The notes under the pieces are model-generated. The model was not told the DNA's origin, made no database searches, and worked only from the letters and a program-made list of their open reading frames with translations. 64,000 bases of DNA from Bacteroidota bacterium (GTDB lineage Bacteria > Bacteroidota > Ignavibacteria > Palsa-1295): the NCBI GenBank assembly GCA_030706745.1, contig JAUZNX010000006.1, positions 140,998 to 204,997 of the forward strand, given 5' to 3'. Below, one piece after another: positions 30,006 to 38,809 of this stretch (position 1 is the stretch's first letter; the number at the start of each line of letters is the position of its first letter). Position numbers and translations under genes: made by a program.

Positions 30006-31592
30006 TTACAACATATCATCATCTTCAAGATCGACATCGCTCACATCTTTCAAATCCGGCGCTACGGTTTCAATGCCCTTGCTATCCTTTGTCAGGCCGA
30101 ATTTTCGCATTTTGGTGTAGAGATGCGAACGTTGGATGTCAAGGGCTTCGGCCGTTCGGCTGATGTTATAATTATGTTCGCGAAGCTTCTCCTCGATGAA
30201 TACTTTCTCCGCCCGATCTTTAAATTCCTGAAATGTCGGAGCCTGCATCGCGCCATCAAGAGGATGGTCCTCATCCATCAAGGCATAATCGCGCTCAACC
30301 GATTCGATCCGCCGCCGGTCGATTGGGGTGAGAATTACGCTCTTTTCTAATTCATTGGATGGTGCGTCGACTCGTTGCGATTCTGATTCACGACCATCTG
30401 CCGAGTATTCGGACATTGAGAACGCTAGCCCAAGGCGCTCGACATCTTCCACACGAACGATATCGCCTGGGACGAGGATCACAATCCGTTCGACGATATT
30501 GCGCAGCTCACGAATATTGCCGCTGAATGGGAGTTGTGTGAGTAACCGCATGGCGCCCTCATCGAAACGGACAGATTTTCGCGGCATCTCTCCGGTAAAT
30601 TCTTCACCGAACGCACGGACGAGCAGCGGAATATCTTCGCGCCGCTCCCGCAATGGTGGAACATGTATTGGAATGACATTCAGGCGATGATATAAATCTT
30701 CACGAAAGCGGCCTTGCCGAATTTCTTCTGGCAAGTTCTTATTCGTTGCCGCGAGGATCCGGACGTTTACAGGTATTGGGCGGCTTGAGGAACTGCCAAC
30801 ACGTTCTAATCTGCCTTCTTCAATGACGCGAAGCATCTTGGCTTGGGCGTCCATCGACATATCGCCGATCTCGTCCAGGAACAATGTTCCGAGATCGGCT
30901 TGCTCAAATTTTCCAATGCGCTGAGCTGCTGCCCCAGTGAACGATCCCTTCTCGTGGCCGAACAACTCACTCTCGATCAAATCCTTCGGAATTGCCGCAC
31001 AGTTCACCTCGACGAACGGCTTGTCCACTCGCTTGGATGCACGATGGATGGCTCTTGCGACAAGCTCCTTACCCGTACCGTTTTCTCCCGTGACAAGTAC
31101 CCTCGCATCTGTCGGGGCGACACGCTCGATGATTGCCCGAATGTTCCGCATCGCCTGTGAGGTGCCCAGCATGCGCTCCTTGCCCTTGAGGCGTTCGCGC
31201 ATGACGCGATTCTCACTAACAAGTTGCTTCTTCTCGGTCGCGTTTCGAACGAGCAAGAGCAAGCGCTGACGATCCGGTGGTTTTTCGAGGAAATCGAATG
31301 CGCCAAGTTTAGTCGCTTCGACAGCCGTCTCAATATTTCCATGACCAGAGATCATGATAACCGGCACATCGGGCCTGATTTCTTTCAGTTTCTCCAGGCA
31401 CTCAATGCCATCCATGCCAGGCATTTTGACATCCAAGAGAATGCAGTCGATCGGCGTATCGGAATTCTGGGCAAATTTCAGCCCTTCGATGCCGCTCTCG
31501 GCAGTCGAAACTTGGTGATGCTCATACTCGAAGATCATCGCGAGAGTATCGCGAATTCCAGCCTCGTCGTCGATTATCAGAATGTGAGCCAT
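30006..31592 (-). CDS. Sigma-54-dependent response regulator (NtrC/Fis family)
   Basis: Receiver domain (D...LLDVKMPGMDG), AAA+ sigma-54 interaction domain (GENGTGKELVARAIH, GAFTGA-like), C-terminal Fis-type HTH. Confidence 0.9.
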   Translation of the reverse strand: MAHILIIDDEAGIRDTLAMIFEYEHHQVSTAESGIEGLKFAQNSDTPIDCILLDVKMPGMDGIECLEKLKEIRPDVPVIMISGHGNIETAVEATKLGAFDFLEKPPDRQRLLLLVRNATEKKQLVSENRVMRERLKGKERMLGTSQAMRNIRAIIERVAPTDARVLVTGENGTGKELVARAIHRASKRVDKPFVEVNCAAIPKDLIESELFGHEKGSFTGAAAQRIGKFEQADLGTLFLDEIGDMSMDAQAKMLRVIEEGRLERVGSSSSRPIPVNVRILAATNKNLPEEIRQGRFREDLYHRLNVIPIHVPPLRERREDIPLLVRAFGEEFTGEMPRKSVRFDEGAMRLLTQLPFSGNIRELRNIVERIVILVPGDIVRVEDVERLGLAFSMSEYSADGRESESQRVDAPSNELEKSVILTPIDRRRIESVERDYALMDEDHPLDGAMQAPTFQEFKDRAEKVFIEEKLREHNYNISRTAEALDIQRSHLYTKMRKFGLTKDSKGIETVAPDLKDVSDVDLEDDDML

Positions 31593-32014
31593 ACAACTGT
31601 ACTAATACGTGGACATCTCCGAAGGTTTCTTCTCAATATCTTTCACGAGGGCAGATTGATGCGATAGACGTCTAATCCCAAATCTGCAAAATAGTGTATC
31701 AAAATGAGACGGCTCAACAAGCACCGATTAACCTAAATCACCTATTTTCTAAATGCAATCTGTTTTTTGTGTTTGAGCTCTTGCGTTTCATAGGTGACTC
31801 ATGTATTTTAGTGCTGAGACAATTGTGTCTCCTTAGTTTAGTTACCAGGGAATGTGGGCTTTTGCCAGCTCCTTCCCATTTGAAGACAGTTAGTTTGCCA
31901 CAATTAAGAGAAATAAGCCATGTTTGGACGCCCCGAAGTATCTATTGCCCGCGTATTCGTTGAAGTTGTATCCCTGCTGAGTGCCCTCGTCGTACTATCG
32001 GCGATCGTTCTCCG

Positions 32015-33013
32015 CTAAGATTCCTGCTGAAGCAGGTTCCAAAGCTTCCGGATCAGTACATCAATATTAAAGCCCGTAACGGCGCTAATGACAAGTGGTT
32101 TCCGCTTGTCTATTGGAGCACGCGCGAGCGTTTCATGCTCATCTTCACCAATTGCATCGCCCTTGGTGATGGCGATGATTGATGGCCTTTTCAGGAGCAG
32201 AGGATCATAACGCTTCAACTCATTCCGCAGGATTTTGTAGGCGGTCTTCGGATCGTGCTCCGAAGACATCCCGTCCAGCAGAAACAGCAGGACGCGGCTC
32301 CGCTCGATGTGACGCAGGAATTGCATGCCGAGGCCTTTGCCTTCGCTCGCGCCTTCAATCAGGCCGGGAATATCCGCCATGACGAAAGACTTATGCTCTT
32401 CCGGCGCTCTAACAATGCCCAAATTCGGCACCAGCGTTGTGAAAGGATAGTCCGCGATCTTTGGCCGCGCTGCCGAAATGCGTGAAATCAGCGTGGACTT
32501 TCCAGCATTCGGGAAGCCCACCAAGGCAACGTCTGCTAACAATTTCAGCTCGAGTTCGACCTCAAGAGCCTCACCCGGCTTTCCGTTGGTCTGTTTGCGC
32601 GGTGCTTGGTTCGTCGGCGATTTGAACGCCCAGTTCCCCATTCCGCCTTTGCCGCCTTTCGCAACGAGTATGCGTTGATGAGACTCAGTCAGATCAGCAA
32701 GCACCCGATCGGTACCAGCTTCGCGGGCTATTGTCCCGACTGGCATGCGTAGCACAAGGTCCTCGCCATTGCGGCCCGTGCAATTGCTACCGCCTCCCTT
32801 GGCACCATCTTCAGCTTCATGCTCCCGCTTATATCGGAAGTCGAGAAGCGTCGAAAATTGTGGATCGGCCTCGAAATATACGTCCCCACCCTTGCCGCCA
32901 TTGCCGCCATCGGGACCGCCCTTAGGCACATATTTCTCCCGACGCCAGGAGATGACACCATCGCCACCCTTACCGGCTCCGATTCGAATTTTCGCTTCGT
33001 CTATGAATTGCAT
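32015..33013 (-). CDS. obg: GTPase Obg/CgtA
   Basis: Obg fold N-terminus with GGxGGxGG runs, G-domain GFPNAGKST...DIPGLIEGA. Confidence 0.9.
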   Translation of the reverse strand: MQFIDEAKIRIGAGKGGDGVISWRREKYVPKGGPDGGNGGKGGDVYFEADPQFSTLLDFRYKREHEAEDGAKGGGSNCTGRNGEDLVLRMPVGTIAREAGTDRVLADLTESHQRILVAKGGKGGMGNWAFKSPTNQAPRKQTNGKPGEALEVELELKLLADVALVGFPNAGKSTLISRISAARPKIADYPFTTLVPNLGIVRAPEEHKSFVMADIPGLIEGASEGKGLGMQFLRHIERSRVLLFLLDGMSSEHDPKTAYKILRNELKRYDPLLLKRPSIIAITKGDAIGEDEHETLARAPIDKRKPLVISAVTGFNIDVLIRKLWNLLQQES

Positions 33014-33084
33014 TGGACCCTCAACGCATGCGGGCGATAGAAAGTCCGGCTGTCATGCATTGCGCGAAAATGATACCCAGACTG

Positions 33085-33486
33085 CTATACTCCTGGTGAG
33101 CCGCCTTCAGGCTTATCTTCACCGAATCGAATTCTGAACTCTTGCTTCCACTCGGTTTTGTTGCGCTTCCACTCTTCTTTGGCTTGCTGACGTTCCTCGG
33201 GCGACATCTTCGCCCACTTGCGCCAGTCATGTGATGATGGTCCGCAACTTGGGCCGCAGTCCCATCCCCAGTTCCAGTTCTTGTCCGAACCCTTCCAATG
33301 CCGCTTGTGCCACGGCTTCCACCAACCACGACGCGGACCGCGAATTCCAACTAGCACACGGGACAGCACAACCAGTCCAACCGCCTGCCAGTAGTTCAGG
33401 AATGGACCATGAAAGAGATCTGGAATGAGCGCATTCCAAAGCAGCATCGCGAGCAGCCCGAGAATCGCAAGTGCGAATATAAACAT
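33085..33486 (-). CDS. Small membrane protein with Trp/Lys-rich C-terminal tail, downstream of the ECF sigma gene (possible regulatory partner; not a classical anti-sigma)
   Basis: One or two TM segments, then ...WWKPWHKRHWKGSDKNWNWGWDCGPSCGP... Lies 71 nt after the sigma gene on the same strand. Confidence 0.45.
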   Translation of the reverse strand: MFIFALAILGLLAMLLWNALIPDLFHGPFLNYWQAVGLVVLSRVLVGIRGPRRGWWKPWHKRHWKGSDKNWNWGWDCGPSCGPSSHDWRKWAKMSPEERQQAKEEWKRNKTEWKQEFRIRFGEDKPEGGSPGV

Positions 33487-33557
33487 TATTACCTCACCAT
33501 TTTGGATAGACTACCCTGCCCCTTCAAGGCGGGTGCATCGACTATGATGCGGGGTGG

Positions 33558-34118
33558 TTAACCCTCATCGAATTCCAACTGATACTTCGCCAGCCGCTTC
33601 CGAAGAAACTGAACAGCCCGGTGCTTCCGCGCCAAGAGCGTGTTCAGATTTTCTCCAGTCGCTTCGGAAATTTCGCGGAAACTGACGCCTTCCATCTCGT
33701 TCATCACGAAGATCTCGCGTTGCTTCGCCGGCATCTCGGCCAGCGCATCGATAAACGCTTCGTAGGCGTCGCTCGCTGCGAGATCGCTCAGCGCATTGCT
33801 CGTCGATCGCGCCGTCCGCTCGATCTCCGGTGTAATCCGCTCGGTTTTGTGCTTGCGGTACCAGTCGATGATCCGGTTTCGCGCAGCCCTGGCAAGCCAG
33901 GCGCCGGCGTCCTCGATGATCATGTCCGGACTCCCGACCGCGTTCGATGAGCGCAGAAGGCTCAGGAACACGTCCTGCACGATGTCCTCGGCAGTTTCGA
34001 GATCTCGCACGCGTGATGACACAAATCGGACGAGCGACTGCCGGGCAGCCTCGAGCCGTTTCGAGCCCTCAGCCTTACCCAGTCCCTTGATATCGCTAAG
34101 CGTCAGTTCCGCTGTCAT
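33558..34118 (-). CDS. RNA polymerase sigma-70 factor, ECF subfamily
   Basis: Region 2 DIVQDVFLSL...IIDWYRK and region 4 REIFVMNEMEGVSFREISEATGENLNTLLARKHRA. Confidence 0.85.
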   Translation of the reverse strand: MTAELTLSDIKGLGKAEGSKRLEAARQSLVRFVSSRVRDLETAEDIVQDVFLSLLRSSNAVGSPDMIIEDAGAWLARAARNRIIDWYRKHKTERITPEIERTARSTSNALSDLAASDAYEAFIDALAEMPAKQREIFVMNEMEGVSFREISEATGENLNTLLARKHRAVQFLRKRLAKYQLEFDEG

Positions 34119-34203
34119 TGTTATGGTGATTGACGTCTATGGACGTGAAAAATTGCTCGTTTGTTTCAGGTCTCGGTGTGGAGCATGCTTCAGCTTGCCC
34201 CAA

Positions 34204-34379
34204 ATTTCAATTGTCAATGAACTCCAAACGAAAGGTAGAATCCCGATTCGGTCTGTTTCAATTGACTGGACCCCAGTAACGGGCGAATGTCCCACTGAAA
34301 CAAACACTACAAATCGAGAGGCCCCCCTTCACCCCATATATAACAAGGTTCGAGGGTCCAGGTGTTGCAATGACATCAT
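34204..34379 (-). promoter_or_regulatory. Conserved ~175-nt leader element, copy B (upstream of the ECF sigma gene), preceded on the minus strand by TATAAT. An extra partial 34-nt copy lies at 34451–34484.
   Basis: Reverse complement aligns base-for-base with 20915–21087. Same CAATTGAAA direct repeats. Confidence 0.7.
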
Positions 34380-34762
34380 CTAATTATATACTTTAGCTCA
34401 TTTTGTGTATAAGCTTATTATTCTTTCACATCACATTCATCATTACGGAAGAGCCCCCCTTCCATCTATTACAACGTTGTTCGACCCATCCGGCATCGCA
34501 TATTTTCGATGAATTCTGCAAATAATCGTTGGGACCAATCGACAAGCTCCCGCCGGTCCCCGCCTCGGAGAGGCGGCGCTGTGTAGCGCGGCGCGGAAGC
34601 GCCGTGAAGCGCCACCCCGCCGCGCCGGGCGCTCCACCACCACCCGCCCAACACACCCGCACTCCCGCCGTGCGTGGGGAAGTGCCCGCTTCTACGCTCC
34701 AGAAATTCCTGCATGCGCAGCTTTTTGCCGTAAGTTTGCTATGACTGTACGAAAGGAGAATC

Positions 34763-36652
34763 ATGTACCTCTCTAATATTAAGCTCTGGAATTTCCGAAA
34801 GTACGGACGCGCGGGTCAAGAGTCAACGCTCGATCTTCGGAACCCCCACTTGAGTCTCGACTTCTCGAATGGGCTCAATGTTCTGATCGGTGAGAACGAC
34901 TCGGGGAAATCAGCTATCATTGATGCAATTAAGCTCACGCTCAAGACGCAAAGCTACGAGTGGTTGAGAATTGAGCGAGAGGATTTTTTCAATGACTCCG
35001 CCAAGCTGAGAATAGAATTAGAGTTCGACGGTTTTAAGGACATCGAAGCAAAGAACTTTACTAAATGGTTAGGATGGAAAGAGAAGACTACCGAGACCGG
35101 GTCTAAGGAGAAGGTGCCATACTTGCGCTTGGTTTACGAGGTACAGCGCAAACTGGAGGAGGGAAGAATATTACCATCTGACGTGAGGGCTGGCGTCGAT
35201 GACGAGTGTTATCTTCTCGATGCCGGCGCAAAAGAATACCTGAAAGTCACTTACCTCAAGCCATTGCGCGATGCCGAGAGCGACTTGACCCCAAAGAGGA
35301 ATTCAAGACTGTCACAAATTCTTGCGAGCCACGAGGCTTTTAAGGGCAAAGAAACAACTCATTTTTTGGTCCGTCTTTTCGAGAGATTCAATGATTCCAT
35401 CCTTGGATATTTTGAAGGCGTGGACGTTGGGACTGACGGTAGCGAAGCGCCATCCCAGGATCAAGAAGGTAAGAAGCTGAAGGACAAAGTCGATAGTCTG
35501 CTCAGTGAGATGTACGATGAATCGAAAGAATCTAACTTTGATGTAACTTCGAAGAAGGAAGTAAAGGAGATTCTTGAGAAGCTCGAGTTGAGCTTGAAAA
35601 ATGACTTGAACCCTGGGCTCGGCACCCTGAACCGACTTTTTGTTTCTTCTGAATTGCTTCACCTTGAGAAGAAGGATTGGACTGGGCTACGCCTCGGCCT
35701 CATCGAAGAACTCGAAGCTCACCTTCATCCTCAGGCTCAAATGCGTATCATTGCGGCACTCCGAGAGATAAGCGGTACTCAACTGATTCTCACCACGCAC
35801 AGTCCGAATATTGGTTCAAAGGTCAAGTTAAAAGAATTGATCTTGTGTAGTGGCGACAATGTCTTTCCGATGAAGGATGGTTGCACCAGACTCAAAAGCC
35901 CCGACTACACATTTCTTGAGAGATTTCTCGACGCAACGAAAGCAAATCTATTTTTCGCGAAAGGAGTCATCCTTGTCGAAGGGTGGGCAGAGGAAATTCT
36001 GATTCCGGCTCTCGCCAAGGCCATTGATTGCGACCTTACGAAGAAGGGTGTTTCCGTCGTTAATGTCGGGAACCTCGCCTTCTTGCGATATTCCAGCATC
36101 TTTCAAAGGCAGGCTCCTCCCCCCATGGAGATGCCTGTGGCCGTCGTAACCGACCTCGACATTATGCCTGAGGATGAAGGTGCTGACGCAGAAAGTAAAA
36201 CAACAACCAAGAAGGCGAAGTACGATGGCGTACCAGTAAAAACATTCGTCTCCCCGCATTGGACCTTGGAGTACTGTATTGCAAGATCGACTAAACTCCG
36301 AAGGACATTCTACAAGGCAATCTTGGAGGCATTGCGTGAGAAAAAGGAGGATGAAGGAATGAGCGAGACCGGATTGGCAGAATATGTCACGGCAATTACG
36401 AATATAGACGTGCACTTCAATGGTTGGAGTAAGAGTGAAGCTGAGATAGCCAGTTCGATCTATTCTCAAATTTTGGGAGAAGCCAAGGTGCTGGAATTGG
36501 CCAGGGGCAAGATTTCGAAGACTATCATTGCCCAGCATTTCGCCAAGCTCCTGGATGAAGGGGCAGTTGCGAAGACTGATATCGAGACCGACACTAATAT
36601 TTCTTATCTCATCGATGCCATAAAGTATGCCTGCCGCGTTAGTAGTCACTAA
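34763..36652 (+). CDS. gajA: OLD-family ATP-dependent endonuclease, Gabija GajA-like (ABC-type ATPase + TOPRIM)
   Basis: N-terminal IKLWNFRKY...GENDSGKSAIIDAI (Walker A), LIEELEAHLHPQAQ (Walker B/H-loop), TOPRIM GVILVEGWAEEILIPALA. Strong SD AAAGGAGA before ATG 34763. GC lower than its surroundings. Confidence 0.8.
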   Translation: MYLSNIKLWNFRKYGRAGQESTLDLRNPHLSLDFSNGLNVLIGENDSGKSAIIDAIKLTLKTQSYEWLRIEREDFFNDSAKLRIELEFDGFKDIEAKNFTKWLGWKEKTTETGSKEKVPYLRLVYEVQRKLEEGRILPSDVRAGVDDECYLLDAGAKEYLKVTYLKPLRDAESDLTPKRNSRLSQILASHEAFKGKETTHFLVRLFERFNDSILGYFEGVDVGTDGSEAPSQDQEGKKLKDKVDSLLSEMYDESKESNFDVTSKKEVKEILEKLELSLKNDLNPGLGTLNRLFVSSELLHLEKKDWTGLRLGLIEELEAHLHPQAQMRIIAALREISGTQLILTTHSPNIGSKVKLKELILCSGDNVFPMKDGCTRLKSPDYTFLERFLDATKANLFFAKGVILVEGWAEEILIPALAKAIDCDLTKKGVSVVNVGNLAFLRYSSIFQRQAPPPMEMPVAVVTDLDIMPEDEGADAESKTTTKKAKYDGVPVKTFVSPHWTLEYCIARSTKLRRTFYKAILEALREKKEDEGMSETGLAEYVTAITNIDVHFNGWSKSEAEIASSIYSQILGEAKVLELARGKISKTIIAQHFAKLLDEGAVAKTDIETDTNISYLIDAIKYACRVSSH

Positions 36653-38651
36653 CGGTGACATCGAATACGCCGAGGGTATTCTGTTGCCCGCCGGCATGAC
36701 GTTCGATGATGAACGTCGGGCCTTCATTCGCAATTTTGAAACCATAGACCTTCAGGCCGTTCCAGGAAGTGGCAAGACAACAGCGCTCCTTGCCAAACTG
36801 CTGATTATCGAGAAGCATCTGCCTCTGAATGACGGATCTGGGGTCCTGGTACTTTCGCACACAAACGCAGCAGTGGATGAGATCAAGAATGCAATTGGCA
36901 TCCACTGTCCGAAGCTATTCGCGTATCCTAACTACGTCGGCACAATACAGAGCTTCACAGATAAATTCCTTGCAATACCCTACGGACACAACTGTCTCGG
37001 AGTTAGATTTGACCGTGTCGATTCAGAAGCTTTTTCGGAGAGGCTTTGGAAGAACTTCCGTCTCGTGCAACAACGCGAAGATTTCGGAAGTCTCGGGAAG
37101 TGGTTCTATGGCATGCACATTGCGACCGCGAAAGAAATCGCCGGAGAGAATAAGCCAGAGGTTAGGCGCCTCTGCAATGCGTTGATCGAAGCGCACGTGA
37201 AAAATATTCGTTACGACTACAACGAGGAATGCTTTAGGAATGGGATTGATGGTAAAGCGCTCCTGAAGTCGAAGACCAATCCAAAATTTAATGCACTGCT
37301 GGCGATTACTCAAGAAACTTTCGCCGAGGGTTATCTTTCGTTTGATTACGCCTATATCCTTGCCAAGCATTATCTCATTCTTGTCCCTGAGCTTACCCCA
37401 ATTGTGAGAAAGCGATTCCCATACGTCTTCGTTGATGAGATGCAAGATATGGATCCCCACCAATACACCTTGTTAGAGACGCTTTTTGCACCTTCGGGGC
37501 CTCATCAACCCATTTATCAAAGGATCGGAGACAAGAACCAAGCGATATACGAGGGGCTTACCGGGGAGATTTGGCAGGATCGAGCGCCTGATCGAATACT
37601 CTCCCTAAAAGGGTCATATCGCTTGAGCAGTCAAGTCGCAAAAGTCGTGCAGCCATTCGCCCTCACTCCTATAGCAATAGATGGGCGGCGGGAGCTTCGT
37701 GTGCCAATTAAGCCTTGCTTGTTGGTTTATACCGAGCCTTCGCACGTGATTAATGAGTACATCCGAATTATCCGAACGCATGTCGACTCCGGGGCTATTC
37801 CATCCAATACAGCAAATGGGTTCCATGCAATCTGTTGGGTGACGAAAGAGAAAGAGACGGAAACGACACTCTCTAGATACTTTGCTGATTTCAAGCGTGT
37901 CAAACAAGAGTCAGGTTCAAATTATTATTGCCTTAGGGCTTACTTCGATGCGATGGATCCGGTAAGTCAGTGCGTGAGAGCAATACGTAGTCATCTCATC
38001 AACGCCATTCTGAAGGTGTTACGACTTGAAGATATACGCGATGAGAACAATAGATACTATACGCAAGCGCGCTTTCTTCGCCAATTGAATCAACTTGACC
38101 TCACGCGAGATACAAAATATTCGGACGAATTTAATTTTCAGCTCTTTCAATGGTGCAGTGCGGTGGCAAACGGGAAGACTACTGAGGCCCTGAGGGACCT
38201 GCGCATCTTCCTTCCTAATCTGTTGGGCTGGCTTGACAAGACTCTTACGAAAGCGGACGCGATCACATTTGTCAATGCAGACTCAGCATCGAGTCAATCG
38301 GTTGGGGAGAATACCTCCGAAAGTCGAGATGTAAACGTTGCCATCGAGCCATCGGGAGACATTAGGATTGAAGTGTCAAACGTTCACGCAGTAAAGGGAC
38401 ACACGCACACAGCAACGTTGTACATGGAGTCCTTTTACCAGAAAATGTATGAGTCATCCAGACTCCCCGGACCTTTCCTGAATGGCAGTGCTAAGATCAA
38501 AGGAACGTACCAGAATGAAACCGCAAGGTTGCTCTACGTAGGTTTCTCGCGTCCGACGCATCTGCTTTGCTTCGCGGTTCACAAGGAGCGATTTGAAGCT
38601 CATTTAAGTGCGATTGACAGAGATATTTGGGAAATCGTGGAGGTATCGTGA
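36627..38651 (+). CDS. gajB: UvrD-like superfamily-1 helicase, Gabija GajB-like. Alternative start ATG at 36696.
   Basis: Walker A AVPGSGKTTAL. Motif II VFVDEMQDMD. IGDKNQAIY, SYRLSSQV, VHAVKGHTHTATL, LYVGFSRPTHLL match the GajB/UvrD motif set. Overlaps gajA by 26 nt. Confidence 0.8.
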   Translation: MPAALVVTNGDIEYAEGILLPAGMTFDDERRAFIRNFETIDLQAVPGSGKTTALLAKLLIIEKHLPLNDGSGVLVLSHTNAAVDEIKNAIGIHCPKLFAYPNYVGTIQSFTDKFLAIPYGHNCLGVRFDRVDSEAFSERLWKNFRLVQQREDFGSLGKWFYGMHIATAKEIAGENKPEVRRLCNALIEAHVKNIRYDYNEECFRNGIDGKALLKSKTNPKFNALLAITQETFAEGYLSFDYAYILAKHYLILVPELTPIVRKRFPYVFVDEMQDMDPHQYTLLETLFAPSGPHQPIYQRIGDKNQAIYEGLTGEIWQDRAPDRILSLKGSYRLSSQVAKVVQPFALTPIAIDGRRELRVPIKPCLLVYTEPSHVINEYIRIIRTHVDSGAIPSNTANGFHAICWVTKEKETETTLSRYFADFKRVKQESGSNYYCLRAYFDAMDPVSQCVRAIRSHLINAILKVLRLEDIRDENNRYYTQARFLRQLNQLDLTRDTKYSDEFNFQLFQWCSAVANGKTTEALRDLRIFLPNLLGWLDKTLTKADAITFVNADSASSQSVGENTSESRDVNVAIEPSGDIRIEVSNVHAVKGHTHTATLYMESFYQKMYESSRLPGPFLNGSAKIKGTYQNETARLLYVGFSRPTHLLCFAVHKERFEAHLSAIDRDIWEIVEVS

Positions 38652-38660
38652 GGTGTGGGT

Positions 38661-38781
38661 AACTCGCGCTCAGGGTCGAGCGTCGCGGGGCTGGCGGGTC
38701 TTTGGAGCCTCAGCCATGCCCATGGTTGCTCATTGCAACGCTAGCAAACGAACAGGGTGGTGCTACCGGGAGTTCGGGCGC
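38661..38781. repeat. Direct repeat R1 (~120 nt) immediately after the gajB stop
   Basis: aactcgcgc..cgcggggctggcgggtctttggagcctcagccatgcc ... gctcattgcaacgctagcaaacgaacagggtggtgctaccgggagttcgggcgc repeated at 40398–40542. Confidence 0.85.
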
Positions 38782-38809
38782 GTGGAGGCAAGTAGGGTGT
38801 AGCTCGTCT

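Noticed and set aside
34426-34764. Minus-strand and plus-strand ORFs of 66–112 aa in the GC-rich block upstream of gajA
   Set aside because: The translations are Pro/Arg/Ala low-complexity strings with no motif. The region is better explained as structured or foreign non-coding DNA (see the finding on 34500–34745).
38608-38802. 64-aa ORF across direct repeat R1 (MRLTEIFGK...)
   Set aside because: The corresponding frame in R2 is interrupted by a stop after a few codons, so the repeat is not protein-coding.
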